DNA of 64,000 bases from Candidatus Latescibacterota bacterium (GTDB lineage Bacteria; Latescibacterota; UBA2968; UBA8231). The position numbers and the translations under genes are program-made. Where the stretch lies: positions 1,088,001 to 1,152,000 of the forward strand of contig CBDCXV010000001.1 of the NCBI GenBank assembly GCA_965223905.1. Reading direction: 5' to 3'. Every line of letters starts with the position of its first letter. Position 1 is the stretch's first letter. The notes under the pieces are model-generated. The model made no database searches. It worked only from the letters and a program-made list of their open reading frames with translations, and was not told where the DNA came from. Below are positions 47,704-57,100 of the stretch, in pieces.

Positions 47704-48723
47704 TCAGGTCGCCGCCGCCGGCAGCGCGCCCATCTCCTTAAGATGAATCACCGAGGCGGCGAACTGCCGCAGCTCATAGGCTGAGCAGGCAGCGGCTGAT
47801 TCGTCCCGCTCGTGAGGGGCGCGCCACTCTTCGCTCGCCGGCCGCGCCGCGCCGTGCAGCTGGCGGATGGCATCCAGGGCCCCGTCGAAAGAGCGCTCGG
47901 CAAACGGTTCGCCCAACCGGTAGGTTTCCCAGTAGTCGGGCTCGAGGATGCGGACGTGGCGCGCCGCGGTCGCCCCCAGCTCGATGCACCCCTGAAGCTC
48001 TCCCGGGGCTTCGTCGAACAGCTGCAGCAGCGGAGGCCAGTCGACGACCCCGGTTCCCAGGGCACAGCGGACGAAGCGATAACCGGACGCCGTCGGGTGA
48101 ATGCGGTAGTCCTTCAGGTGGACGTGCTTGAGATGGGGCAGCACGGTGCGGGCGAACTGCTCCGGCGTCTCGCCGACCGCCAGCGCGTTGGCGCAGTCCA
48201 TGGTAACCCCCAGCATCGGGCTGCCGACCTGCTCGCACAGCCAGACCAGCTCCTGAGAGCAGAGGTCCTGGTGGTTCTCGATCCCGACCGAGACCCTGGA
48301 TGCCTCGGCAACGGCCATGACCCGCCGCAGCGGTTCTACGAGAGCGGACAGGTGGTCGCGCCAGCCGCCGGCCCCATAGCGGCGCCGATCCCCTTCCAGT
48401 ACCGAGCTGATCGTCGTGCGCACCACCCCGGCTTCGAGCTCGGCTGCGGTTTCGACAGCCGCCAGCAACGGGCTCGGGTCCTCGGCGAGATGGTCGCTGC
48501 CGATGTCGAGGAACAGACCGAGCCCGCATTCAGCCAGCAGGTCGCCAAACCGGGCGCGTTGCTCCGGGGTTCGCAGCGCCAGCCATTCGGCGGCCGTTTC
48601 AATGCTCGCCAACCCGCTGGCGGCCGCCAGTGCGGCAAGCCCCTCCGGTTTGTGCGGATCGATCGCGCAACCGGCCTCGCGGTGAGCGCCGGTGAAGCTG
48701 CAGGCGCTCAGGCCGATTTTCAC
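47704..48723 (-). CDS. Sugar phosphate isomerase/epimerase-type TIM barrel protein
   Basis: GIENHQD, MDCANALAVGE, HVHLKDY and IELG; the GTG start overlaps the hisS stop. Confidence 0.8.
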   Translation of the reverse strand: MKIGLSACSFTGAHREAGCAIDPHKPEGLAALAAASGLASIETAAEWLALRTPEQRARFGDLLAECGLGLFLDIGSDHLAEDPSPLLAAVETAAELEAGVVRTTISSVLEGDRRRYGAGGWRDHLSALVEPLRRVMAVAEASRVSVGIENHQDLCSQELVWLCEQVGSPMLGVTMDCANALAVGETPEQFARTVLPHLKHVHLKDYRIHPTASGYRFVRCALGTGVVDWPPLLQLFDEAPGELQGCIELGATAARHVRILEPDYWETYRLGEPFAERSFDGALDAIRQLHGAARPASEEWRAPHERDESAAACSAYELRQFAASVIHLKEMGALPAAAT

Positions 48724-50006
48724 GCCTCGGAACCGTTCCCCTGGCCGGCGACCTCGCCGGCGGGGACGTCGCGTTCCTCACCGCTCGCCAGATCGCGCAC
48801 CTTAACCAGGCCGCGCTCCCACTCGTCCGGAGCGATGAGGACGAGCCTGGAAGCGCCGCAGTTGTCGGCGTGGCGGAAGGCCCACTTCATTCTGCGGTCC
48901 TCGAGGATGAGGTCGACCGAACGCCCGGCCTGGCGCAGGGCGCGAGCCACCGACATCGCCGCTGGCCGCAGCTCGGCATTGAAGGAGAAGACGACGTCGT
49001 CGAAGCGGCGCGGCAGCTGCGGCAGCAGGCCCTTCTCGGACAGCAGCTCAACGATTACGGCGTCCCCGAATCCGAAGCCGCAGGCGGGAATGTCCTTGCC
49101 GTGGAACGCCGACAGCAGGCGGTCGTAACGCCCCCCCCCGCAGATCGCCCTGAGCTCGGAGGCGCGGTCGAAAACCTCGAAGACCACCCCGGTGTAGTAG
49201 GCGAGGCCGCGCACGAGGCCGGCGTCGAAGCGCACCCACTCGGCGATCCCGTACTCGGCTGCGAGCTCGAGCAGCCGGCGCAGGTCGCTTATGCCGCCGC
49301 TGGTTTCCCCGATCAGGGAGGCGGCGTCGTCGAGGGAAGCCAGCGAGGTCAGCTCGAGGAGGGTGTCGACAACGGAAGCATCCAGTCCGAGGCGTTCGAG
49401 CTCTTCCCGCACCGCCCCGGCAGGCAGCTTGTCGAGCTTGTCGACGAGGACGCAGACCTCGAAAAAGCGCTCCTCGGGAACGTTGGCGGCGTTCAGCGCC
49501 GCCTCGATGATCTTGCGGCTCGAGAGCTTGACCTCGACATCTGCCGCGGTCAGGCCGAGGCGCGAGAGCAACGTCGTCACGAGACAGAGGAGCTCGGCCT
49601 CGGCGGCGACGTCGGAGATGCCGAAGATGTCGACGTTCCATTGATAGTGTTCGCGCCTGCGCCCGCGCTGGATGCGCTCATAGCGCCAGCACTGAGGAAT
49701 GCTGAACCACTTCAGCGGCAGGGCCAGGGACCCCGCCCTGCCCAGCACCAGGCGCGCCAGCGAGGGGGTCATCTCCGGTCTCAGGGCGAGGCGCCGTCCT
49801 CCCTTGTCCTCGAAGCTGTACAGCTCGTCGACGATCTGCTCCCCCGCCTTGCGGACGTACAGCTCTTCCGATTCGACGACGGGGGCGTCGTACTCTTCGA
49901 AGGCGAACGTCTGCGCGACCTCGCGGAAATGCGTGAACAGCCAGTTGCGCAGGCGGTAATCGTCAGGATAAAAATCCCGCGTACCCCGCGGCGGTGAGAG
50001 ATTCAT
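48720..50006 (-). CDS. hisS: Histidine--tRNA ligase
   Basis: RGTRDF, LRPEMT, WRYER.QRGRRREHYQ, LVRGLAYYTG and GGGRYD. Confidence 0.96.
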   Translation of the reverse strand: MNLSPPRGTRDFYPDDYRLRNWLFTHFREVAQTFAFEEYDAPVVESEELYVRKAGEQIVDELYSFEDKGGRRLALRPEMTPSLARLVLGRAGSLALPLKWFSIPQCWRYERIQRGRRREHYQWNVDIFGISDVAAEAELLCLVTTLLSRLGLTAADVEVKLSSRKIIEAALNAANVPEERFFEVCVLVDKLDKLPAGAVREELERLGLDASVVDTLLELTSLASLDDAASLIGETSGGISDLRRLLELAAEYGIAEWVRFDAGLVRGLAYYTGVVFEVFDRASELRAICGGGRYDRLLSAFHGKDIPACGFGFGDAVIVELLSEKGLLPQLPRRFDDVVFSFNAELRPAAMSVARALRQAGRSVDLILEDRRMKWAFRHADNCGASRLVLIAPDEWERGLVKVRDLASGEERDVPAGEVAGQGNGSEA

Positions 50007-50046
50007 GGTCCTTAAGGTATGCGAGGTTGGCGACGGTGTCTCTCCG

Positions 50047-50871
50047 TCACCCGGGGTAGAGCTCGCCTGCCAGGATTGCCAGCAGACCGAGGGGCATCAG
50101 CGCCGTCAGGGCCCTGCTCGTGCCTCCGGCGCCGCCGAGAAGGCGAGCCAGGACGATCAGGAGCAGCAGGTCCATCACCCCGACCACCGCGGCGTAGGCC
50201 CAGCCGTACAGTCCGAGGTAGTGCGGCAGGACGGTGCCGGCGATCAGCAGCCCGTACACGGAGGCCGCGGCGTACCGGGCCCTCGTCGCGCCGACCGCAA
50301 GGGCCAGGGTGCGCACCCCGCGGGCGCGGTCCCCCTCGACGTCCTCGACATCCTTGACGATCTCGCGGCCCAGGTGGAAGAGCAGGGCGAAGCCGGCCGG
50401 GATCCATGCCCGCCCCAGGGCCCCGCCGGCCAGGGCCCCGAAGGGAAAGGCCAGGGCCGCGAGAGCCGCCACCAGAAGATTGCCCCAGAACACGGTGCTC
50501 TTGAGGCGGACGCTGTACAGCCAGAGTCCCGCGAGCGTGCCGGCGGCGATCAGTCCCGGGACCGGTCCGGCCCCAATCGCAAGACCCAGCCCCGCCGCCG
50601 CGCTCGCCGCGGCGACCAGGGCGGCCCGCCGCGGCGTCAGCCTGCCGGACGGCAGCGGCCGTCGAGGCCGGTTGATCCGGTCGATTTCGAGGTCCCTGAG
50701 GTCGTTCCAGGCGTTCCCGGCCCCGGTGATCAGGGCCGCGGCCAGCACTGCGAGCCAGACGGGGAGTGGAAATGGAACGGCGCCGCCGGCCACCGCCCCG
50801 ATGAGGACGGATGCCGCGGTGATGCAACAGTTCAGGGGCCTGAGGAGCTGCAGTTCCGCCATCTTCGGCAT
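50047..50871 (-). CDS. UbiA-family prenyltransferase, DGGGP synthase-like
   Basis: LLRPLN, GNAWNDLRDLEIDRINRPRRPLPSG, YSVRLK...GNL and REIVKDVEDVEGD; multi-TM. Start may be ATG 50862. Confidence 0.82.
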   Translation of the reverse strand: MPKMAELQLLRPLNCCITAASVLIGAVAGGAVPFPLPVWLAVLAAALITGAGNAWNDLRDLEIDRINRPRRPLPSGRLTPRRAALVAAASAAAGLGLAIGAGPVPGLIAAGTLAGLWLYSVRLKSTVFWGNLLVAALAALAFPFGALAGGALGRAWIPAGFALLFHLGREIVKDVEDVEGDRARGVRTLALAVGATRARYAAASVYGLLIAGTVLPHYLGLYGWAYAAVVGVMDLLLLIVLARLLGGAGGTSRALTALMPLGLLAILAGELYPG

Positions 50872-51051
50872 CACCTGCGGTCGTTGTCGGAACGGTGCGA
50901 AAGGGGCGGCAGAAACGTGGCGAATCGACGCGGGAAATGGGTCGGAAAGGCGTTTTTTTCCCGCTGCCGAGGGCGGGGTTTACAGGGTGCCCGAAAAAGG
51001 GGCGAATTTCTTGTAACTGTCAAAAAAATAAATGGTTCGTGCAGATTTTTC

Positions 51052-51080
51052 TTGACAGTCAAAAAACAGGGGAGTACTTT
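51052..51080 (+). promoter_or_regulatory. Sigma70 promoter of the HU/IHF gene within an AT-rich island
   Basis: TTGACA-N17-TACTTT with upstream A/T tracts. Confidence 0.65.
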
Positions 51081-51168
51081 GACGGAAAGTCGTTATTATC
51101 CAATAACTAATGTCAATTTTACGGTCTGATCCGGCATGGAAATCCAACCTCCATTAGGAGGTCGGCTT

Positions 51169-51519
51169 TTGCCGACGATAACGAAGAAGGATCTCGCCCT
51201 TCTCGTCAGCCAGAGCACCGGCTGCAAGAAGAATATGGCGGCCAAAATGGTCGACAGTCTCTTCGTCGCCATGAGGGACAGCCTGATCCAGGGGAACCGC
51301 ATCGAAATAAGGGGATTCGGCGTTTTCCAGGTCAAGGATACCCGGCCCAAGCCGGCGGCCCGCAACCCCCGGACCGGGGAAATCATCTACGTGCCCGCCC
51401 GCCGCAAGACCCACTTCAAGCCGGGCCGGCTCCTCAAGGAGGCCCTCCACCAGACGCGGGAAGGCAATCTCGATCTCCCGCTCGATTTCGACGACGACGA
51501 AGACGACGACGATATCTGA
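51169..51519 (+). CDS. HU/IHF family DNA-binding protein
   Basis: TKKDL, RIEIRGFGVF, ARNPRTGE and FKPGRLLK; TTG start after AGGAGG. Confidence 0.93.
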   Translation: MPTITKKDLALLVSQSTGCKKNMAAKMVDSLFVAMRDSLIQGNRIEIRGFGVFQVKDTRPKPAARNPRTGEIIYVPARRKTHFKPGRLLKEALHQTREGNLDLPLDFDDDEDDDDI

Positions 51520-51542
51520 AGCAGCGATCACGAAGGAAGTGG

Positions 51543-51580
51543 AACCCCGTTACGGAATGGCCGTACGGGGGTTTTTTATT
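51543..51580 (+). terminator. Intrinsic terminator after the HU/IHF gene
   Basis: AACCCCGTTACGG-AATGG-CCGTACGGGGG followed by TTTTTTATT. Confidence 0.75.
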
Positions 51581-52244
51581 GCTTTTCGCCGGCTTCGTCC
51601 CCGGGGGAGCCGTCCATCAGGGCGGCGATCCGCTGCCGCCAGTCGGGAGGGATTCCGAGGTTCGCGTCGAGCCTGAAGTCCGCCGCCAGCGACCGGAGGA
51701 TCTCCGACCTGCGCCTGCTGTCCGGGAGGGTCTCCCTGAGCCGGGCCCGCAGACGGCCCAACTCGTCGAGGTAGTCGACGAACTCGCCGTCGTCGAAGAT
51801 CCGCTCGAGGTCCTCGCGCAGCCGGCGGGCAAGCGACGGACTGGCGTTGCTCGTGCTGATGCTCACTCTCAGGTGCCCCGCGGAGACGAGGGCGGCCATG
51901 GCGATGTTGGACTGCGACGGCCGGTCCCAGGTGTTGATGAGGCAGCGCTGCCGGCAGGCGAGCTCGTAGACCTCGCGGGCCAGCTCCGGTTCGCCGGGGA
52001 CCGTGTTGATGACGAGGAACACTCCGTCCAGGTCCGCGGTCTCGAAGCGGCGTTCGCGGTGCTCGAATCGCCCCGCGGCCTTCCATTCCCGAAGGTCTTC
52101 GTTGAGACGCGGGCTGACGACGGCGAGCCGGGCCCCGGCGGCGAGCAGCCTCTCCGCCTTGTCGGCCGCCTCGGCGCCGCCGCCGATCACCAGGCAGGGG
52201 CGCCCCATGACGTCGATGCCGGCCTGGAAGCAGGGATTCAGCAT
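51576..52244 (-). CDS. Precorrin-2 dehydrogenase/sirohydrochlorin ferrochelatase (SirC/CysG N-terminal domain)
   Basis: CLVIGGGAEAADK, VVSP, N..D.P and VSISTSNASPSLARRLRE. Confidence 0.85.
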   Translation of the reverse strand: MLNPCFQAGIDVMGRPCLVIGGGAEAADKAERLLAAGARLAVVSPRLNEDLREWKAAGRFEHRERRFETADLDGVFLVINTVPGEPELAREVYELACRQRCLINTWDRPSQSNIAMAALVSAGHLRVSISTSNASPSLARRLREDLERIFDDGEFVDYLDELGRLRARLRETLPDSRRRSEILRSLAADFRLDANLGIPPDWRQRIAALMDGSPGDEAGEKQ

Positions 52245-52337
52245 TGCGGTCGCTCGCCTGCGCTCCGGGCAGCTACAGCCTTCCCGCGGCGGTGAGCTTG
52301 CGAACGAGGGCGCCGGAGGGATTCGCGCGCTCGGGCG

Positions 52338-52772
52338 TCATCCCTGCCCCCATTGGAGGTCGGAGTAGTTGCGGCCCTCCTGCTCCCCCTGGTCGACGGG
52401 GAGGCCGCTTTCGAGCCAGCCCCTCTCGATCACCTCGCCGCTGTCGGTGTACGCTCCCCCGAAGCCGCCGCAGACGTTGGACACGTCGGTGAAACCCGCG
52501 GCGGTCAGGATTTCGGCGGCCCGGGCAGAACGCGCTCCCGACTGGCAGCCGAGAAGCAGCTTGTCGCCGGGTTCGAAATTCGCCTCGACCACCCCGAGGA
52601 AGTCGGGGTTGGGCACCATGCCGAACGGCTCCCGGTGCATGATGGGGATGTTGAGGGCTCCCGAGGGGTGGCCGTTGCGGAACTCCGGCTCGGAGCGCAC
52701 GTCGATGTACCGGTATCCCTGCTCCTGCATCAACTCCATGGCATCCGCGGAGTTGACCTCCTTGTAACTCAT
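52338..52772 (-). CDS. Rhodanese-like domain protein
   Basis: IDVRSEPEF..GH..GALNIP and active-site CQSGARS. Confidence 0.9.
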   Translation of the reverse strand: MSYKEVNSADAMELMQEQGYRYIDVRSEPEFRNGHPSGALNIPIMHREPFGMVPNPDFLGVVEANFEPGDKLLLGCQSGARSARAAEILTAAGFTDVSNVCGGFGGAYTDSGEVIERGWLESGLPVDQGEQEGRNYSDLQWGQG

Positions 52773-52970
52773 CGCCTGAACCTCCTGCCGGGGAATTCCG
52801 CCGGACGGTGAGAGCAGCACTTCCTGCGGCGCCGCAAGCCCTCGCCGGCCGGGGTCCCTGGGGACCGATACCCGGGGTGGAGGAGCGCGGAACAGGCCCT
52901 GCCAGGGCTGAAGGACGCGACTTGACAGGGTGCACCACAGGCCATTCAATGACTTTCTATCTCTTCAGTA

Positions 52971-54176
52971 ATGTATTATTTCCAGCAACATAGACAATTT
53001 CCGAGGGGTCTTGCGCCGCTTGTGGCGTGGGCGTTGTCCGGCGCCCTCGCCGCCGCCTTCTATGCAGGCGGCTGCAGCCATTTCGGCGGCGATTCCCAAG
53101 CGGAGGGCAGCGCCCGGAGCGACTCGACCTCCGCCGATTCAACTGGGCCCGACTCGACCGCAGCGGGCACGAGTCGGGCCGATACCGCCCGGATCGACGC
53201 GGTGCCGGTGGAGACCGCCCTCTCCACCACCGGGGACATCTCCTCCTTCCTGCTGTTCAGCTCGACCGTGGAGACCGAGGCCTCGGTTGAGATACACCCG
53301 GAGATCAGCGGCCTGGTGGAGGTCGTCGCCGTCGAGGAAGGGGACCAGGTCGTTGCCGGCGACACCCTGGTGAGGCTCGACACCGACCAGGCCCGCCTGG
53401 ACGACCGCGAAAGCGCCATGGAGCTGCGCCACCTCGAGATGGGGTACAAACGCACCGAGGAGATGTTCCGCCGCGGCCTCATCGCCCCCCAGGACCACGA
53501 GGACCGGCTCTTTCACCTCGAGGAAGCCCGGCTGAAAGTGGAGAAGGCGCGCCTCGCCCTGGAGAACACGATGATCCGCGCCCCCTTCGCCGGGGTGATC
53601 ACGACGCGGGAGGTGCAGGTGGGGGCCCGCGTCGCCCCCGGGGTCAAGCTGTTCGATCTCGTCAAGATCGACGACATGATCGCCCGGGTGTTCGTGCCGG
53701 GCCGTTACCTGACCCGGGTGAGGGTCGGCCAGAAAGCCGAAGTGGTCTCCGACTTCCTCGAGGGCATGGAGTTCGAGGGCTACGTCAAGCGGATCAGCCC
53801 GGTCGTCGACCCGAAGAGCGGCACCCTCAAGGTCACTGTCGGGCTGCGGGACCGCTGGGAGCACCTGCGGCCGGGGATCTTCGTCAACGTCCGCGTCATC
53901 ACCGACACCCACACCGACGCCGTTCTGCTGCCGAAGCAGGCCGTCGTCTACGACGGCGGCGAGCGCTACGTCTTCGTCGTCGAGGACAGCACGGCGTCGC
54001 GTGTCCGGCTCGACGCCGGGTACGAGGACAGCCGCTTCATCGAGGCCCTGTCCGGCATCGCCAGCGACACCCCCGTAATAGTCATCGGCCAGGCCGGCCT
54101 GAAGGACAAGGCCCGCGTCAAGGTCGTCAACGCATCCGGGGAGGAACCCGCACCAGCAGGGAGCGGCCGGGGATAG
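52971..54176 (+). CDS. RND efflux periplasmic adaptor (MFP), predicted lipoprotein
   Basis: Lipobox AGGC, VEEGDQV..GD.L, IRAPFAGVI, ISPVVDPKSGT and LLPKQAV. Confidence 0.92.
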   Translation: MYYFQQHRQFPRGLAPLVAWALSGALAAAFYAGGCSHFGGDSQAEGSARSDSTSADSTGPDSTAAGTSRADTARIDAVPVETALSTTGDISSFLLFSSTVETEASVEIHPEISGLVEVVAVEEGDQVVAGDTLVRLDTDQARLDDRESAMELRHLEMGYKRTEEMFRRGLIAPQDHEDRLFHLEEARLKVEKARLALENTMIRAPFAGVITTREVQVGARVAPGVKLFDLVKIDDMIARVFVPGRYLTRVRVGQKAEVVSDFLEGMEFEGYVKRISPVVDPKSGTLKVTVGLRDRWEHLRPGIFVNVRVITDTHTDAVLLPKQAVVYDGGERYVFVVEDSTASRVRLDAGYEDSRFIEALSGIASDTPVIVIGQAGLKDKARVKVVNASGEEPAPAGSGRG

Positions 54177-54180
54177 GGTC

Positions 54181-57100
54181 ATGGCCGGCGCCGGGCCCTC
54201 TCGCAGCTTCAGCACCCGCTTCGCCATAACGACGCAGCGACCTGTCGCGATCCTGATGATCGTCACCGCGGTCTGCGTCTTCGGCTGGGTTTCCTATCAG
54301 CGCCTCTCCCTCGACCTGATGCCGGACATTGCCTACCCGGCGATCACGGTGCGCACCGAGTTCCCCGGCACCGCCCCGGAGGAGGTGGAATCGCTGGTGT
54401 CGCGGCCCCTGGAGCAGGAGCTCGGCATCGTCCGCCAGCTCGTACGCATCAGCTCGATCAGCAAGGCGGGACAGTCCGACGTCGTCCTCGAGTTCGAGTG
54501 GAACACCGACATGGACGCCGCCTCCCAGAGCATCCGCGAAAAATCGGACCGCCTGCGCCTGCCGGAGGATGCCGAAAAGCCGTTGCTGCTGCGCTACGAC
54601 CCCTCTCTCGACCCGATCATCCGCCTGGGACTGCACGGGCCGCAGACGATGTTCGACCTGCGCCGCCTCGCCGACCGCGAGATCAAGCGCGAGCTGGAGG
54701 CGATCCCCGGGGTCGCCGCGGTCAAAGTGAAGGGCGGCCTCGAAGAGCAGATCCACGTCGATCTCAACGAGCAGCGGATCAGCCTGATGGGGCTGGACGT
54801 CTCGGCGATCAACCGGGCTCTCGATCAGGCCAACGTCAATCTGCCGGGGGGGCAGATGCGCGAGGGGCTGACCTGGTACCTCGTGCGCACGATCAACGAG
54901 TTCCGGACGGTCGACGAGATCCGCCGCCTGATCGTGGCGGAAAAGGAGGGGGCCGAGATCCGGCTCGGGGATGTCGCCACAGTGCACCGGTCGTCCAAGG
55001 ACCGCGAGGTCGTCACCCGGGTCGACGGCCGCGAAAGTGTCGAGATCGAGATCTACAAGGAGGCGGACGCCAACATCGTCAGCGTCGCGCAACGGGTGGC
55101 CAACCGCATCCACGGGCTCCCGGAGCAGCGGCAGTACGTCGCCCGTCTGCAACAGGAAGAGGAGGAGAAAGCCCTCGCCGCATCCGGGGACACAAGCGCT
55201 GCCGGAGACGAGAAAGCCGCGGCGGAGGAAGAAGAAGAGGAGGAGGAAGAAGAGGAGGAGGAAGAAGAGGAGGAGGAGGAGGGTCTCGGGGAGCAGAAAC
55301 GCGCCGAGGCGGTGAAGACGCTCGAGCACCTGCGCATGACGGACTTCATCAGCCACCTGCTGCCCGGGGGGATGGAGATCGAGGTGCTGTCGGACCAGTC
55401 GGTGTTCATCGTCGACGCCATCGACGAGGTGCGGAAGAGCGCCCTCATCGGCGGCGCCCTGGCGATCTTCGTGCTGCTGGCGTTTCTGAGGAAGGTCATG
55501 CACACCCTGATCGTCGGCGTCACCATCCCGGTCTCGATCGCGGCGACCTTCGCGCCGATGTACCTGTTCGACGTGTCGATGAACATCATGTCGCTCGGGG
55601 GGCTGGCGCTCGGCATCGGCATGCTCGTCGACAACTCGATCGTCGTTCTCGAGAGCATCTTCCGCTGCCGCGAAGAGGGGGACGACCTGGTGCGGGCGAC
55701 CGTCCGCGGCACCGGCGAGGTCGGCGCCGCGGTCTTCGCCTCCACCCTGACGACGATCGCCGTCTTCTTCCCCATCGTCTTCGTCGAGGGAGTCGCCGGG
55801 CAGGTGTTCGGCGACATGGCGCTCACCGTGGTCTTTTCTCTGCTGGCCTCACTGCTGGCCGCCCTCTACTTCATACCGATGCTGGCGTCGCGGCGCCTGC
55901 AGCAGGGAAATGGAGACAGTCCCCGGCTGGCGTCCGGCGATTTCCTGCGGCTGCCGGCCCTTGCCCGGGCCCGCGAGGCGATGGCGCCGGGCCCGTTGCG
56001 CGAGAGGGCAGTGCAGGCGGCCCTGATCCTGCCGCAGCTGCTGCTCGACCTTGCCCTGCGGATCCCGCTGGCCGCTGCGGCCCTGGTGGCCGCCGTCCTG
56101 AAGGGAGCCGCCGTTCTGCTGTTCGAAGCGCTCTGGATCCTGCTGAAGCCGGCAGAGGTCTTCTGGATCAGGCCGGAACGCACCCTGCAGGCGTCGTTCG
56201 CCGACTGGGCCCGGGGGAGCCGAATCGGCCCCTGGCAGCCGTTCGAGCGCCTCTGGCCCGACCTGCTCGGGTACGGATCCCCGGCCGCCTTGGCAGGGGA
56301 CGCGGCCCGTCTCGGAGCCTGGATGTGGACGGCGGACCGCAGCGCCGGCAGCCCCCTTCTCCGGCGCCTGGCCCGCGCGCTTCCGGGGGTCGTTGCCTTC
56401 CTGTTTCTGCTGCTGCGCTTCCTGTTCCACACCCTGGTCCGCACAGCCGGGATCGCCCTGCTCGTGGCGCTGCTCCTCGCCGGGCTGACCCTGTTCGCCG
56501 CGGCGACGGCCGCCGGCGTTCTGCTCGCCCCCGTCTTCGCGCCGATCCTGTTCCTGTGCCGGAGGGCCATCGGCCTGGCGCTGCGGGTGTACCCGGTGCT
56601 GCTGGAGTCGGCGCTGCGCCAGAGGTACCTCGTGATGGCCGCGGCCGCGGCCTGCTTCTGGCTCTGCTGGACCGGGCTCGTCCCGCGGCTGGGGACCGAG
56701 CTGATCCCGCAGGTCCACCAGGGGGAGTTCAACCTCGAGGTGGCGCTGCCGGTCGGCACTCCCTTGGGGCGGACCGCGGAGGTGGTGCGGGAGATCGAGG
56801 ATGCCGCCCTGAAGCAGCCGGGTGTCGAACGGGTCGCGACCGCGGTCGGCACCGACAGGTCGGCGTCGTCGAGGTCGGACGAAGGGGAGCACACCGCCAG
56901 GCTGACGGTGAAGATGGTGCCGGGAGCGACCCCGCAAGAGGAGGAGGAGCTGATCGCCCGGCTGCGCCGCGAGCTGGCGGATCTCCCCGAGGTGGAGATC
57001 GAGGTCGCCTTCCCGACAATGTTCAGCTTCAAGACCCCGGTCGAGGTGGAGATCCACGGCGACGACCTGCAGAAGCTGCGGAAGGTGAGCAGGGAGACGG

